Assembly (NCBI GenBank): GCA_951406725.2
Contig: OX597826.1
Span: forward strand, 43,400,001 to 43,464,000
DNA length: 64,000 nucleotides
Source of the DNA: Octopus vulgaris
Taxonomy: Eukaryota
Reading direction: 5' to 3'
Shown here: one piece after another, positions 1 to 12,943 of the stretch
How the letters are laid out: each line of letters begins with the position of its first letter
Position numbering within the stretch: the stretch's first letter is position 1
The notes under the pieces: model-generated
Told to the model about the DNA's origin: nothing
The model's input: only the letters and a program-made list of their open reading frames with translations
Databases searched by the model: none
Program-made: the position numbers and the translations under genes

Positions 1-1
1 G

Positions 2-61
2 AAATGGTTACCATATAATTTGAATGAAAAACAGAAAATGCGCAGATATGAAATTTGCTGA
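2..61 (+). pseudogene. mariner transposase fragment (WVPHEL-like motif)
   Basis: Translates KWLPYNLNEKQKMRRYEIC*, resembling the mariner WVPHEL linker region; truncated by the window edge. Confidence 0.55.
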
Positions 62-199
62 CTCTGTACAATAATAAAAAAGAACGTTGAGGGAAGTGTT
101 GCGGTTCTAAGCTGCGCGATGCAGCTGAAATGCGATATAGATAAGTCAGGAGAAATTAAGATAATAATAATGATACTACTACTACTACTACTACTACTT

Positions 200-259
<60 letters not shown>

Positions 260-276
260 ATAATAATAATAATAAT

Positions 277-513
277 AAATACCTATTTCTTTACTACCCA
301 CAAGGGGCTAAACACAGAAAGGACAAACAAGGACAGAAAAATGATTAGGTCGATTATAACGACCCCAGTGCGTAACTGGTACTTATTTAATCGACCTCGA
401 AAGGATAAAAGGCAAAGTCGACCTCGGCGGAATTTGAACTCAGAACGTAGCGGCAGACGAGATACCGCTGAGCATTTCGCCCGGCGTGCTAACGTTTCTG
501 CCAGCTCGCCGCC
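277..513 (-). mobile_element. tRNA-derived SINE family A (Meta/MESC-like core), young 'T2-tail' copy
   Basis: Reverse complement reads GGCGGCGAGCTGGCAGAAACGTTAG (A box) ... GAGTTCAAATTCC (B box) ... GTCGACTTTGCCTTTTATCCTTTCGAGGTCGATTAAATAAGTACCAG core, then tail ...GGGTAGTAAAGAAATAGGTATTT; many copies in the window. Confidence 0.85.
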
Positions 514-527
514 TTCAATAATAATAA

Positions 528-1047
528 ATACCCTGATGCAATACTAAGCTTTCATGGCTTCTCATCTTTACTGAATGGAAGTGTTATCATGTAAATTTCT
601 TGTCTTGTTATAAAAGAGGGACTACAGCAAATATTCTGCTCATTACCTCAGATTTTCTTGTCAGTTGTTTGACCATAACCAGTTGAGCATGTCCTTTAGT
701 GGCTGATGATATGTGCATCACTGATCACGAGCAGGAGTAGTCGGGGAGCATCATAGCCATGTGCTGAGAGGAGTTCTTTGGGGTTTGGATAATTCACCTC
801 TGGAAACATAGGTGTTTCGTTCAACATCCTTAAACAACCTTTATTCAGGGACTTTTGAGTGGAATGGGCTACTCGATCTGGAGAAAATTCTAACTGGGCC
901 CCATTTACAAGGTCCTGCGCTGTTAATCTTGATATGAGATGCATATCCCTGGTGTACCCTTATCAGACAGGTAGTCATGATGGGTATACTGGGCTTCGTA
1001 TATTTTACCCCAGCATCACTTTGATGGCATGCACTGCTCTCTCACTC
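528..1047 (+). mobile_element. ~520 bp non-coding interspersed repeat flanked by (AAT)n
   Basis: Homologous inverted copy at ~54690-55192; preceded by AATAATAATAAAT and followed by a long (AAT)n. Confidence 0.7.
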
Positions 1048-1093
1048 AATAATAATGATAATAATGATAATAAACATAATAATAATAATAAAC

Positions 1094-1178
<85 letters not shown>

Positions 1179-1215
1179 GCAGCAGCAGTAGTAGTAGTAG
1201 TAGTAGTAGTAGTAG
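1048..1215. repeat. compound trinucleotide microsatellite (AAT)n(CAT)n(CAG)n(TAG)n
   Basis: Directly visible. Confidence 0.95.
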
Positions 1216-1528
1216 TTTCAAATTTTGGAACAAGGCCAGCAAGTTTGTGGGTGAGGGTTAAGTAGATTACATCGACCCCAGGGATGAACTGGTACTTATT
1301 TTATCGACTCCGAAAGGATAAAAAACAAAGTCAGCTTCGGGGGAATTTCAATACAGACGGTAAAGACGGATGATACGCCGATAACGATTCTGCCAGGTCA
1401 ATAGGCGCAGGCGTGGCTGAGTAGTGAATAAACTTGCTTTATAACTGCTTGGTTTCGGGTTTAGTCCTTTTGCCGATCAATGACTTTGTGAAAGAGTTTG
1501 GTTGATGGAAACTATATGGAAGCCCGTC

Positions 1529-1599
<71 letters not shown>

Positions 1600-1723
1600 T
1601 GGTAAAAACCGTAAGATAACAAAAGAAAGAAAGAGACCTCAATTTACTAAGAGCTAATACGGCTTTTTTGGATTATCGCCTAACATCGGTTGAGGACTCT
1701 AACACACAGAAGAATTTAATATG

Positions 1724-1780
<57 letters not shown>

Positions 1781-1795
1781 CATATATATATATAC

Positions 1796-1878
<83 letters not shown>

Positions 1879-2018
1879 CAATTAAGATTCAAGTCAATTC
1901 TAATGAATTCACTTGAATATGGTACTTAACTTAGATGCACCAGAAAACTATATGGTGTTAACTAATACAATAGTGTGGGGTGATTATAAACGAGAAAAGA
2001 AGCAACAAGAATGGATTG

Positions 2019-2112
2019 GTTTTTAGTACAATTGTTTCATACAAAGACAGGCTTTATTAAAAGTTGCAAATATTGCAGCAGATAAAAGTGTCCCGTACTC
2101 ATCAGCTAAAAC
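2019..2112 (-). ncRNA. hammerhead ribozyme, inverted copy in the left PLE arm
   Basis: Reverse complement of 4239-4332. Confidence 0.8.
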
Positions 2113-2209
2113 ACATATGAGTTCTCCAAACATCTTAGTGGGTGAGGCTACACCCATGAAGTATTGGAGATAATTTCATTAAAAGCAGATTCAGGTTGTA
2201 AACAGACTT

Positions 2210-2950
2210 TAATAGCTAAGATTAATAATAATAACATTAAGCTAGCCAGGAAAGATAAAAATAATACCAACATGAACAACAATATACATTCATATAAAAA
2301 TACTAACAGTAATAGTAACAATACCAATAATGTAAGTAATCATGGTAGGACTTTAGATCTAAAGGATGGAGCAAAAAGATCAATAAATAATAACACTGCT
2401 TTAGATAACAGCACTAACTATAATAATAATAATAATAACGATAAATATACTCATGATAATCAAAATAATAGGAACATGAGACATCTATCCATGAATAATC
2501 CAACATCTGAAGTTGACCCTCCTACGTGTAATTGTAGAATCAGGTCAAAATGCCCGGCACCTGGTCTATGCGGGGTAAATAACGTAATCTATAAATGTAC
2601 CATAACTACTGAGAATAACAATTTCTTTTTACATTGGTTGTACTGTAAATTTTAAGAAAAGAGTTAGAAACCATATCTCATCTTTTAACTTACGTCATAA
2701 AGCTGGTACCACCACGCTTTCAAATAAGATCTGGGAACTCAAAAATAATAATAGTAATTATAACCTTAATTGGGAAATAGTTAGAAGAGCAATGCCGTAT
2801 AAAAATAATAGGGTTGGTTGCCAACTCTGCTCCATGGAGACGTATGAAATTCTAATGCATAGAAAAAATAAGAGTTTGTTAAATAACCATATAGAATTAG
2901 GTCAATTTTGTGTTCATGCAAAATTGAAGACTCTAAAATATTTTAAATGA
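2210..2950 (+). pseudogene. PLE C-terminal GIY-YIG endonuclease, one frameshift near 2626-2631
   Basis: CNCRIRSKCPAPGLCGVNNVIYKCTIT...; removing one T gives FYIGCTVNFKKRVRNHISSF...TLSNKIWELK...WEIVRRAMPY...CQLCSMETYEIL...LLNNHIELGQFCVH...YFK* (VIY..YIG, catalytic R, E, N; CxCx5C, CxxC and CxH motifs). Confidence 0.9.
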
Positions 2951-4238
2951 ATAACCGTATAGAATAATCGTAAGGAGATAGATAGATAGATCTAGCTTGT
3001 TTTTTACTAGTAAAGCATAACTTTAATATATTTTTTAAATAGATATCTGCGAGCTGTTACACTATGGTTATCTCTTTCTTTATAACTGTACCTGATTTTG
3101 AACACAAAGAAACAAATAGTACTTGTAAGTTGCTTAAATGAAGTTTTAATTGACTTTATAGTTAATTTTTAAATTTTAATTTTTAATTTAATCTAATTTT
3201 TAATCTAACTTAGGTAACACAACTTAAATAAAATAAGTTAATAATACTTCATAATTCTATTACAAAATTTAATAAGTAATGCTACTCCCTTGAAAGTAGT
3301 ATAAGAAATTTCAATATAATAAGCAATTCCCTCACACCTTGTAAACTGACTTCTAAGTATAAACCTATAGTCTGTCAATGTATAGATAGTAACAACAACA
3401 ATATAATACAGTAACAGTAATAAATAAATTAAATTTAATGACCTCTTTCTAGTATTGCACTTATTTTCTCTTAATGTATTTCCCTTTAATGATAGCCTTT
3501 GACCCCTCAATCCCTTACCCTGTTCTCTCTTTAGATTCTCATTTCTGCTTTAGCTACGTCAGGTTGGCAAATAAATAGCTGTTTACTGGTCAAAAATAAT
3601 ATTCTCCTTATAGTTCTTAGATTCCTGCAAATTCTAAGCCAGCCTGACAGTCTCCATATTTAAGAGACTTTTTTCTGTGTAGAGGGTTACCTGCGACCCT
3701 TTCCCTCTCAGTTGTCACAGTATACTCTATGTGGGCGTTTTTTCTTTTTCTTTTCTTTTTTCTTTTTTCTTATTTTCTTTTTTTTCTTCTTCTCTCTTTT
3801 TTCTTTTTTCTTTTTTCTTTGTCTTTCTTTTCTTTTTTCTTCTCTTCTCTTTCCTTTTCTTTTCTTTGCTCCACAAAATTCCTTCAGCCTTTAGAAGTCA
3901 TAACATAGCAGTTTTGTGAAGAGAACAGTAATGTGGCAAATACCTTATAATATAGCATGAAATTATACCCACCTCATTGTGGATTAACCATGGATAAATT
4001 CATCGTCTGTGAGTATGAAATACCTCCTCATATCTCTGGAAATTTACACCTACACTATGGATGGATTAAACTTCTCTGTGAAGCTAATAACCTTTTTTAA
4101 AACCTGTGATAAGACTGTGCATCATCATTAAAGAACTTTGGAAGTCTGTTTACAACCTGAATCTGCTTTTAATGAAATTATCTCCAATACTTCATGAGTG
4201 TAGCCTCACCCACTAAGATGTTTGGAGAACTCATATGT

Positions 4239-4332
4239 GTTTTAGCTGATGAGTACGGGACACTTTTATCTGCTGCAATATTTGCAACTTTTAATAAAGC
4301 CTGTCTTTGTATGAAACAATTGTACTAAAAAC
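4239..4332 (+). ncRNA. type I hammerhead ribozyme with extended stem II
   Basis: ttttag-CTGATGA-[gtacgggaca...tgtctttgtat]-GAAA-caattg-TA-ctaaaa; predicted cleavage after GUA at 4324. Confidence 0.8.
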
Positions 4333-4359
4333 CAATCCATTCTTGTTGCTTCTTTTCTC

Positions 4360-4415
<56 letters not shown>

Positions 4416-4817
4416 TTATGTATGTATGTATATATGTATGTATTTATGTATGTATGCATGTATGTATGTATGTATGTATGTATGCATGCATGTATGTATG
4501 TATGTATGTATGTATGTATGTATAGAGTGTTAGGTGTGATGTACAGAAATTGACTATTGAGAAAAAAGTCGTCAGAATTTTGGGAAAAGAATCGTTTTAT
4601 TTCTTCATTATTATTATTAGCGCTTTCGTTCCTTTCTCGAACTTGTCAAATGAAATTTTGGGAACGCACTTGTTCATTTATATAAAACATCTGTTTTATA
4701 TAAATGAACAAGTTATTTGTACATTCACAAAACTTTATTTGACACGTTCGAGAAAGGAACGAATGCGCTAATAATAATAATGAAGAAATAAAGCGATTTT
4801 TTTCCCCAAATTCTGAC

Positions 4818-4899
<82 letters not shown>

Positions 4900-4901
<2 letters not shown>

Positions 4902-5160
4902 CATGACCACATGACCGACAAGACTATCAGATGCTGTTACATATCGCTGGTTATCATACGTTTTGCATTGTTTTAGCCATAAAACGACGCCACCCTGCTG
5001 GTTAGGTGGGCAGGCCATCACACCCCTTTCATCGAAAGGGGACTGGAGCAACGTGAAATGAAGTATTTTGCTCAAGAACAAACGGCTATCCGGTCTGGGA
5101 ATCGAACCCACGATTTGGTGATCGTGGGTGCAAAAGCCTAACCACTTGGCCACGCGCCTT
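4900..5160 (-). mobile_element. tRNA-derived SINE family D
   Basis: Reverse complement GGCGCGTGGCCAAGTGGTTAGG...GGTTCGATTCCC...GTTCTTGAGCAAAATACTTCATTTCACGTTGCTCCAGT; head shared with 36610 and 39385 copies. Confidence 0.7.
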
Positions 5161-6404
5161 CACATATGTGTGTGTCTGTGTATGTGTATGTGTGTGTGTG
5201 CATGTGTGTGTGTCTACTCATGTATATGTATATATATATATGTATAAGTACATATATACATACACACAAGTATATCAATGCATGCATGTGTTAAACACTT
5301 ATAGATGTGAATCGCGACAACCGCTGTTGGTTTGTTTACGTCCCAGTAATATAGCGGCTCGAGAAAAGCCAGCATAAGAATAAGTACCAAGCTTAAGATT
5401 AAGTAGTGGAGTTAGTTCGTCCCATTAAACCGCCCCAGCATGACCGCAGTCTAATGATTGGAAGAAATGAAATAGGGCAGATAGGTACATCGTTAGGAAA
5501 GGTCATACCTTTAATGTTCTAAAATATTTTAGTGAAGAGTTGTGTTCTTGATTGACTCGAAAGGGTTAAACAGAAGAGGAATTCGATGTTCTTTATTTGT
5601 GAGAGAACGCGCAAAATGCAACGTACCATTCTTTCAGAATGGCAGTGTACTTCCAAGGCAATGAAAGATAGTAATATATTTAACCTAACTATATTTGTAC
5701 GTTGTTAAGTGCACGAATGTAAGATAGGTTCTGCAAATAATTAAGTTTTATAATAATATTTGAATTATGGTGAGAGAGAGAGAGATGTGGGGAACGGGGA
5801 ATATGGTAAAGAAAAGACAATATTGCATAAAATATCTAATTGGATGACCTAAGAGAGGGAATATGATGTGAAAAATCGATATTTTATAAAATATCTAATT
5901 GGACGACCTGAGAGAGTAGTTATAAAAACGGAGCTTAATGAAGCAGATGGGAAAATATTAAAGACTAATTTGAGTGTAGGAATTATGAGTATCATATAAA
6001 TGAACATAAATAAAAATTAGGATTATTTAGCATAATGGCGATTGATAAATTAGCAGGATTTATACTACTCAGGGAAGCCTTCTGCCAACAAAAAGTTTTT
6101 CAGAGTATATATCTAGCTTGGTGAGTAATGTACGTCTCTCGTTAGTAGAGTTATGGTATGGGAACGGAAGATAAGTAGTGTTATTGGTAAAAAGGTGAGA
6201 AAGTGACTTGGAAATAAGATCTGACATTCATAAAGGTGTTATTATGATTACAAGAGATTAACGAGATCGCATGTATTTGGGAATTTGCGTTGTCATTAGA
6301 AGTATGTCACTGAGGTGTCCAAAAAATTAACTCTTTTATAAACGCAAGAAGGTATTAAAATTTAAAAATTGTAACTAGAAGTTTTTTTTAGCGACCCTTG
6401 TTTA

Positions 6405-6608
6405 ATACTGGGACAAGGGCCAGCAATTTTGGAGAAGGGGATAAGTCGATTGCCTCGACCCTAGTATTGAACTGGTACTTATTTTATCGACCTCCGAAAA
6501 GATGAAAGTCAAGGTCGACCACAAGAGAATTAGAACTCAGAACGTAAAGACAGACGAAACGTGGCTAAGCATTTCACCCGACCTGCTAACGATACTGCCA
6601 GCTCGCCG
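6405..6608 (-). mobile_element. SINE family A, older 'T1-tail' copy
   Basis: Diverged head and core, tail ...CAAAATTGCTGGCCCTTGTCCC. Confidence 0.75.
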
Positions 6609-7569
6609 CATTACCCTTATCAAATATTAGAAGCGTGTGTATGTGTGCGTGCGTATACAAACACACACACATACACACATAGCATTTCTTGTGCGTAGAG
6701 TTAGATTGTATGACTGTTACTGGTGAGTTCAGAGGTCCGAGTAGAGTTTAGAGTTTCAGTCTAATTTTAGTCAAGTGTTCTGGTTACTGTTGTGTAAGCA
6801 TAATACAATAAAGTGTCCACTGATGAATTGTTGTCTCTCAGCACCTGACTGCATTTGGAACACACACGGCAGAGAATGCAAGTTATCCACAATGGTGAAA
6901 CGTACGTAGGAACAAATGATATAAACTTCCTCTTGTGTTTATCTTTCTTTTCCTTTCTCCCATCTCTCTCTGCCTTCCTCTTTCCGTGTATATAATACAA
7001 ATGTATAAAATGCATTAAGAAATAATAGTGAAACACCATTTTGTGAGAAGGAGAGAGAAAGCGAGAGAAAGGGTGAGAGAAAGAAAGAAGGACAAAATAA
7101 TGAAAGAAATCTCAGTTGAAGTCAAGAGGATTAGTGGTTTAAGATAAAGAAAGCCGAAAATGTTTGTGCTTTAAGCTATAGCACTATCTATTTGGTAATG
7201 GGGCTTCATTGAAATTTAAGCACCAAGTTCTGTCCTTCCAAAACTGTTTAAAATGTGATTATGTTATTTTTTCTTACATATTTTCGTGTTTTTCGTCTCT
7301 GCTTTAATTTATTTTCTATTGTCGAACTCAAACTGTTTCCTCTCATTTTATTCTCTGGTACATTTCATCGTTTATCTTTTATTTGGTTCAGTTATTGGGT
7401 TGCAGTCACGCTAGGGTATCATCTTGAACGGTTTTAGTCGAACAAATATCCACACCAGTACTTATTGTTTTAAAGCCTGGTACATATTTTATCGGTACCG
7501 AAACGCCAAGTTACAGGGACGTAAACACACCAACACCAGTTGTGAAAAGGATTATATATATATCATTAT

Positions 7570-7993
7570 ACTCTCTTTTACTCTCTCTTTTACTCTTTTA
7601 CTTGTTTCAGTCATTTGACTGCGGCCATGCTGGAGCACCGCCTTTAATCGAGCAACTCAACCCCGAGACTTATTCTTTGTAAGCCCAGTACTTATTCTAT
7701 CAGTCTCTTTTGCCGAACCGCTATGTGACGGGGATATAAACACACCAGCATTGGTTGTCAAGCAATGCTAGGGGGACAAACACAGACACACAAACATATA
7801 TATATATATATAAATATATATACATAAATACGACGGGCTTCTTTCAGTTTCCGTCTACCAAATCCACTCACAAGGCTTTGGTCGGCCCGAGGCTATAGTA
7901 GAAGACACTTGCCCAAGGTGCCACGCAGTGGGACTGAACCCGGAACCATGTGGTTGGTAAACAAGCTACTTACCACACAGCCATTCCTGCGCC
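7570..7993 (-). mobile_element. tRNA-derived SINE family B (CORE-like, with internal microsatellite), near full length
   Basis: Reverse complement GGCGCAGGAATGGCTGTGTGGTAAG...GGTTCAGTCCC...CACCTTGGGCAAGTG...GAAGCCCGTCG-(TA)n-...GACTGAAACAAGTAAAAGAG tail repeats. Confidence 0.85.
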
Positions 7994-8037
<44 letters not shown>

Positions 8038-9463
8038 ATTGTGTTGTCCTCTACTATCACTTGAAAGTCGGTGCTGGTTTGTTTGTGTCTACGTAACATA
8101 GCGAATTGGCAAAAAAACCCAATAAATTAAGTAACAACCATTAGAAAATAAGTAGTGAGATCGATTCGTTTCACCCTTACAAGAGGTGCCCAACCCTGGC
8201 TGCAGTCTAATGACCGAAACAATTAAAAGCTAATAAAAAAAGAGGCAAGAGATGTGTTATTCCTCCAGCCTCCTGATAAAATACATTTTCATTCAAGCCT
8301 TTCGTTGTCCCAGGGAATGATGTAACATAGATTCCCAACGCCTGTGATTGAAGTCATATTTGGCGCCTACATCTTAACAATCATAAGAGATCAGAAGAAA
8401 TTGCATCCCTTCATCGCTGCGCTCTTCGTCCTATCCTGTTACACTTGCGCTCTGCCCTCGTTTTCTGTTTCTTTGGTGAAATATGTTAATCATAACAAAA
8501 TTGATTACAGTAGTAAACATAACAACAGTACTTTTGACAATTGTTTTTCACAATAATACATTACTTATCTCAATGTTACAAACTGAATCAATCAATGTCT
8601 CCCGCTATAATTAGTTCACGTTGTTGTTACTTTTGATATTGTTGACGTTTTGGTTGTATTTGAGGCTGTCGATGTTTCTATCATTGTTTTTGCCGTTGTA
8701 TTTGCTACTTTTGTCGTTGATGTTGTTGTACTAGATGTTGGTATTGTTTATCCCGAAGTCACATCGGACTGAGTAGAATTACGACCAAGAATGTTTCAGG
8801 AACGTCCAACCAATCGTTTTTATTTTTATACATTGAAGATGTTATGCAATATGGGCTTCCTTCTAATTTTAAAACAGTGAGGTATAATTCAAGGGAAATC
8901 AGCTGCTAAATCTAGTACTTCGAGAGACACACTGTAGCGTATGACAGTAGGTATAATCAGAATGCTAGAGTGGCAATGAGTACGAAAAACTTTATGAGAA
9001 GTAGGAGCCGATACTTTGTGCTGACCCCATAGCAATGTTCCTCTGTGTCCGTCCAATATTCTGTAACTCGACAAACAAGTTACCATAATCAATAAGATAA
9101 CAGCCTACATTCAGTATAATTGCGAGGTCATTCGCGGACAGTCTACCGTCTGGCCTTTATCAGAATAAAAAAAAGTTTTCTCAGCTTATATTACCATTTG
9201 TATGTGTGTTTACATAATGCAAAGACCATTAGCCATTCATATTATGCAGAATAACCAAACAAAAGTGACAAATACCACAAGACGTTTGATTAAACCGGTT
9301 CTAGGTTATCAGGTTAAGCATACTTACATAAGGTCAGAGAAAGTAAGGTCGGATGGAACGCTATATACGGTAGATTATTTTTATGTCCGCATAGTTTTAA
9401 TATTTTTATTATTATTTCTATGAGCAGAATTCTATATATTATTAACACAGCACAACATAATAA

Positions 9464-9516
<53 letters not shown>

Positions 9517-10293
9517 CATATATAATTCACACATACACACAAACATATATCAATAATTTCATATGTTTCATATATATATATATAACGATCTCAGTCTGAT
9601 CTTGATATATAACTTTTAGATAAAGAATAATTAAGACAAAATCAATAATAAACAGCCAATTTTGTATGATGCTTCCAGAATAATTGTGGTACGAAATAAT
9701 GAATAGAATTGTTATTTGGTGTACGAGTTTCTATTAAAACTTGGAGGGGAATATATATATATATATATGCATGTATGTATGTTTGTATTTATGTGTATAG
9801 TTATGCATATGTATGTATATATGTATATATACATAATACATACATACACACATATAAACATACATACACGCACACATACACACACATATATTTCGTGGAA
9901 TAGTAAAATGAGACTTTTATTAAAACACAAGGTGATTTGGGGTCGCCTCTTAAGACGTTGTTCTGCATAAAAATCTGAGGAAATTAAGAATACAAGTGAA
10001 CAAGAGTGAAAAGTATTAAACGAGTATAAGAAATTGCTCGAGGTATTTCAATAAACTAACGAAAAGAATAAATATTTTTCAATGTTCTTGCAAGAAAATC
10101 CTTTATATAACAAATTGGAAAAATATACTTTCAAAGCACCGAAGCAGAGTATTTCTAGTCTTATACATGGAAGTAAACGAGATACCCTTTCTCGAAGAAC
10201 ATATTGTCTGAATGATACATTTTGGAAAGCAGCTGATGATTTTGACAACCAATCCATCATGTACGGCAGGCCTTTTGAAGTTTTCGGATAATA

Positions 10294-10831
10294 TTGGGTT
10301 GTCCGGAAAGTTCGTGCCGATTTTTAAAGGAAAAAAAAAGCTCAATAAATACTTGCCATTACATTTTTAATCAACCAAATATGAGCCATTTTGTTGCACA
10401 ATGCGTCTCCATCTTTCTTTTAACTTGAAAATACCAGCTCCCCAGAATTGAGGTGGTTTCATGGCAAAGAATTCATCAAGGTATCTTTTTACGTCATCCA
10501 AGGAATTGAAATGTTTACCATTAAGATTATTCTGCAGAGACCTGAATAAGTGGAAATCCGAAGGAGCAATATCTGGGGAATATGGAGGGTGGGGTAACAC
10601 ATCCCAGCCGAGCTGCAGCAATTTTTGTCTGGTTCCCAAAGTATCAAGTGCCAAAAATGATCCTTCTTATCTTCCATTTTAAAGGTTACAGAATTAACAC
10701 AGGTTATAGGAACATAAACCTTCTTTCACGAAAAGATAGCTTAAACTGTGCTCTAAATGGAGGTGTAGTCAACCATAAAATAAGTGGAGGTAAGCTGCTA
10801 TAAATCGGCACGAACTTTCCGGACAGCCCAA
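10294..10831 (-). mobile_element. internally deleted mariner transposon with TIRs and TA target duplication
   Basis: TIR TTGGGTTGTCCGGAAAGTTCGTGCCGATTT / AAATCGGCACGAACTTTCCGGACAGCCCAA; TA on both sides; encodes ...PHPPYSPDIAPSDFHLFRSLQN... Confidence 0.92.
10367..10654 (-). pseudogene. mariner transposase C-terminal remnant
   Basis: LGWDVLPHPPYSPDIAPSDFHLFRSL...GIFKLKERWRRIVQQNGSY motif. Confidence 0.9.
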
Positions 10832-10869
10832 TATTAAGACATTGCTAACCTCTTCAGTTTTTATCGTTT

Positions 10870-11280
10870 GTCTTGTACTCGTTTCAGTCATGGGGCTGCG
10901 GCCATGCCGAAGCACTGCCTTGAAGAGGTTAAACAAATCACCCCGAGTATTTATATTTTTTTAAAGTCTAATCTTTTTTTTTTTAAGTCAAGTACATTTT
11001 TTTTAATGTCTAGTACTTATTACATCAGTCTCTTTTTCCGAACTGCTATGTTACGGGGACGTAAACAAACCAACACCGGTTGTCTAGCAGTGAAGGGACA
11101 GACACAAACACAAACACACACACACACACACACAAACGCACACATACAAACGTACGCATGCACACTCACACACGCACACAGACAACTCGCTTCTTTCAGT
11201 TTCCTCCAACCAAATCCAGCCACAAGGTTTTGGTCGGTGCTGAGCTATAGTAAAAGACATTTGCCTAAGGCACCACGCAA
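10870..11280 (-). mobile_element. SINE family B copy
   Basis: Homology to 7570-7993 with internal (CA)n. Confidence 0.7.
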
Positions 11281-11809
11281 ACAGTGAAGTCGCTCGATGT
11301 AATACTGGTTTCCACCCCTTTCCTATTCTGTCGAAACTTTTGACCTTAGCGATATTGAAAGAAAGAACATGAGCTTTAAGGATTTAAAACACATCTTGTC
11401 CGTATTCGTTCTTTCATTATTTTACTTTCAGTTTAGCGGTATTTCGTCTGCCGCTACGTTCTGAGTTCAAATTCCGCCGAGGTCGACTGTGCCTTTCGTC
11501 GTTTCGGGGGTCGATAAATTAAGTATCATTGGAGTACTGGGGTCGATGTAATCGACTATCCTCTCCCCCCAATTTCAGGCCTTAAGGATTATTTTACTTT
11601 CAGTCACTGGGCATGCTGGGGAACCATCCTAAGGGGGTTTGGTTAATCAAGTTGAAAGTAGTGCTTATTAGTGACTTTACTACCTGCTTTTGCGAAACCG
11701 ATAAGTTATGGAAACGTAAATAAGCCAACACCTGTTGTCATGCAGCGTGAGCCAAATACAAACACGCATAGACACAAAGACAGACAGACACATACATATA
11801 AACACAGAT

Positions 11810-11840
<31 letters not shown>

Positions 11841-12399
11841 ACCACGCCGCATATACAAAAAGGTACATATTGGCACGTACATTCATGCACTTAGATACAA
11901 TGGGTTTCAAAACAGTCTCCGCCTACAAAATACACTCACAAGGCGTTGGTCGGCCCAGGGTTATAGTCGAAGGTAACAGCTTAGGGTACGAGGTAAACAA
12001 CCTAAACTACACAACCATCTTCACGCCTATCAAAAGTTGAAAAATTAATTTATTGAAGATTTTGGGATTAAAAAGTAATATTTGGAAAAATAAATAATTG
12101 TTCCACGACTTGGCCTTAACCACCAAGCCACACATCTTCACATTTATTCATAGAAAATGTTTTAATGGGCGGAATTTGGGACCTAATATATCTTTTGAAG
12201 AAACATTTTACTGAATAAAATTAAGAAATGAAAACTAATAAAGCATTGAAATTGTTAATTCACGTTATAAAATTAATTTCAATTATTAAAAAAAAAAAAT
12301 CAGTCGCTTTCTGAAGTTATCATGTATCATTCGTGGTTTCATGTTTAGGTGCGAATTAGATAAATCAACCTTTGTGTTCGTTCTTTCACTTGTTTTAGT

Positions 12400-12943
12400 C
12401 ATTTCTTATTCCAGTTCAAGCTAGGCCGAAAAGCTGCTGAAACAGCTCGCGATATCAACGATGCGTTTGGTCCAAGAACCGCTAATGAATGTACAGTACA
12501 GCGCAATGGCGGTTCAAGAAATTTCGTAGCGTTGACCAGAGTCTTGAAGATGATAAGCGTAATGATCGGCCATCGGATGTTGACAACTAACCTTAGTGGA
12601 AGCCAATCCACGCACAACTGTTCGAGAGCTTGCTTCTGAATTAGGCGTAACACGTATACGACAATTTCTAACCACTTGAAAGAAATTGGATAAACAAAAA
12701 TACTTGAAATATGGGTGCCGCACGAATTGAATGACAACACCCCGCCCCCCCAAAAAAAGAAAATGCCATTTTGAAGTGTCGTCTTCCCTTCTTTTACGCA
12801 ACAAGAACGACCTGTTTGTCGACCGGATTGTGACTTACGATGAAAAGTAAGTGCATTCTTAAAGATAACCGGCGACGTTCAGCTTAGTTGTTGGACACCG
12901 ACGAAGTTCCACGGCACTTCTAGAAGCCAGACTTGCACCAAAG
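12400..12943 (+). pseudogene. degraded mariner transposase, N-terminal half
   Basis: FQFKLGRKAAETARDINDAFG...FKKFRS..SLED..R..RP; WVPHEL at ~12712; DRIVTYDEK; frameshifted. Confidence 0.85.

Larger units (their letters stand above)
1875..4361 (+). mobile_element. 5'-truncated Penelope-like retroelement (PLE) with inverted pseudo-LTR, inserted in (TA)n
   Basis: 220-bp inverted repeat 1990-2209 / 4142-4361 (one mismatch seen); GIY-YIG coding remnant between the arms; hammerhead motif in each arm; (TA)n on both sides. Confidence 0.88.

Noticed and set aside
2164-2209. Start of ORF 2164-2655 as a genuine N-terminus
   Set aside because: Lies in the inverted pLTR arm; a chance in-frame fusion at the 5' truncation point
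5600-6360. Degraded LINE coding sequence with a 60-bp period duplication (5828-5917)
   Set aside because: No diagnostic motif could be read
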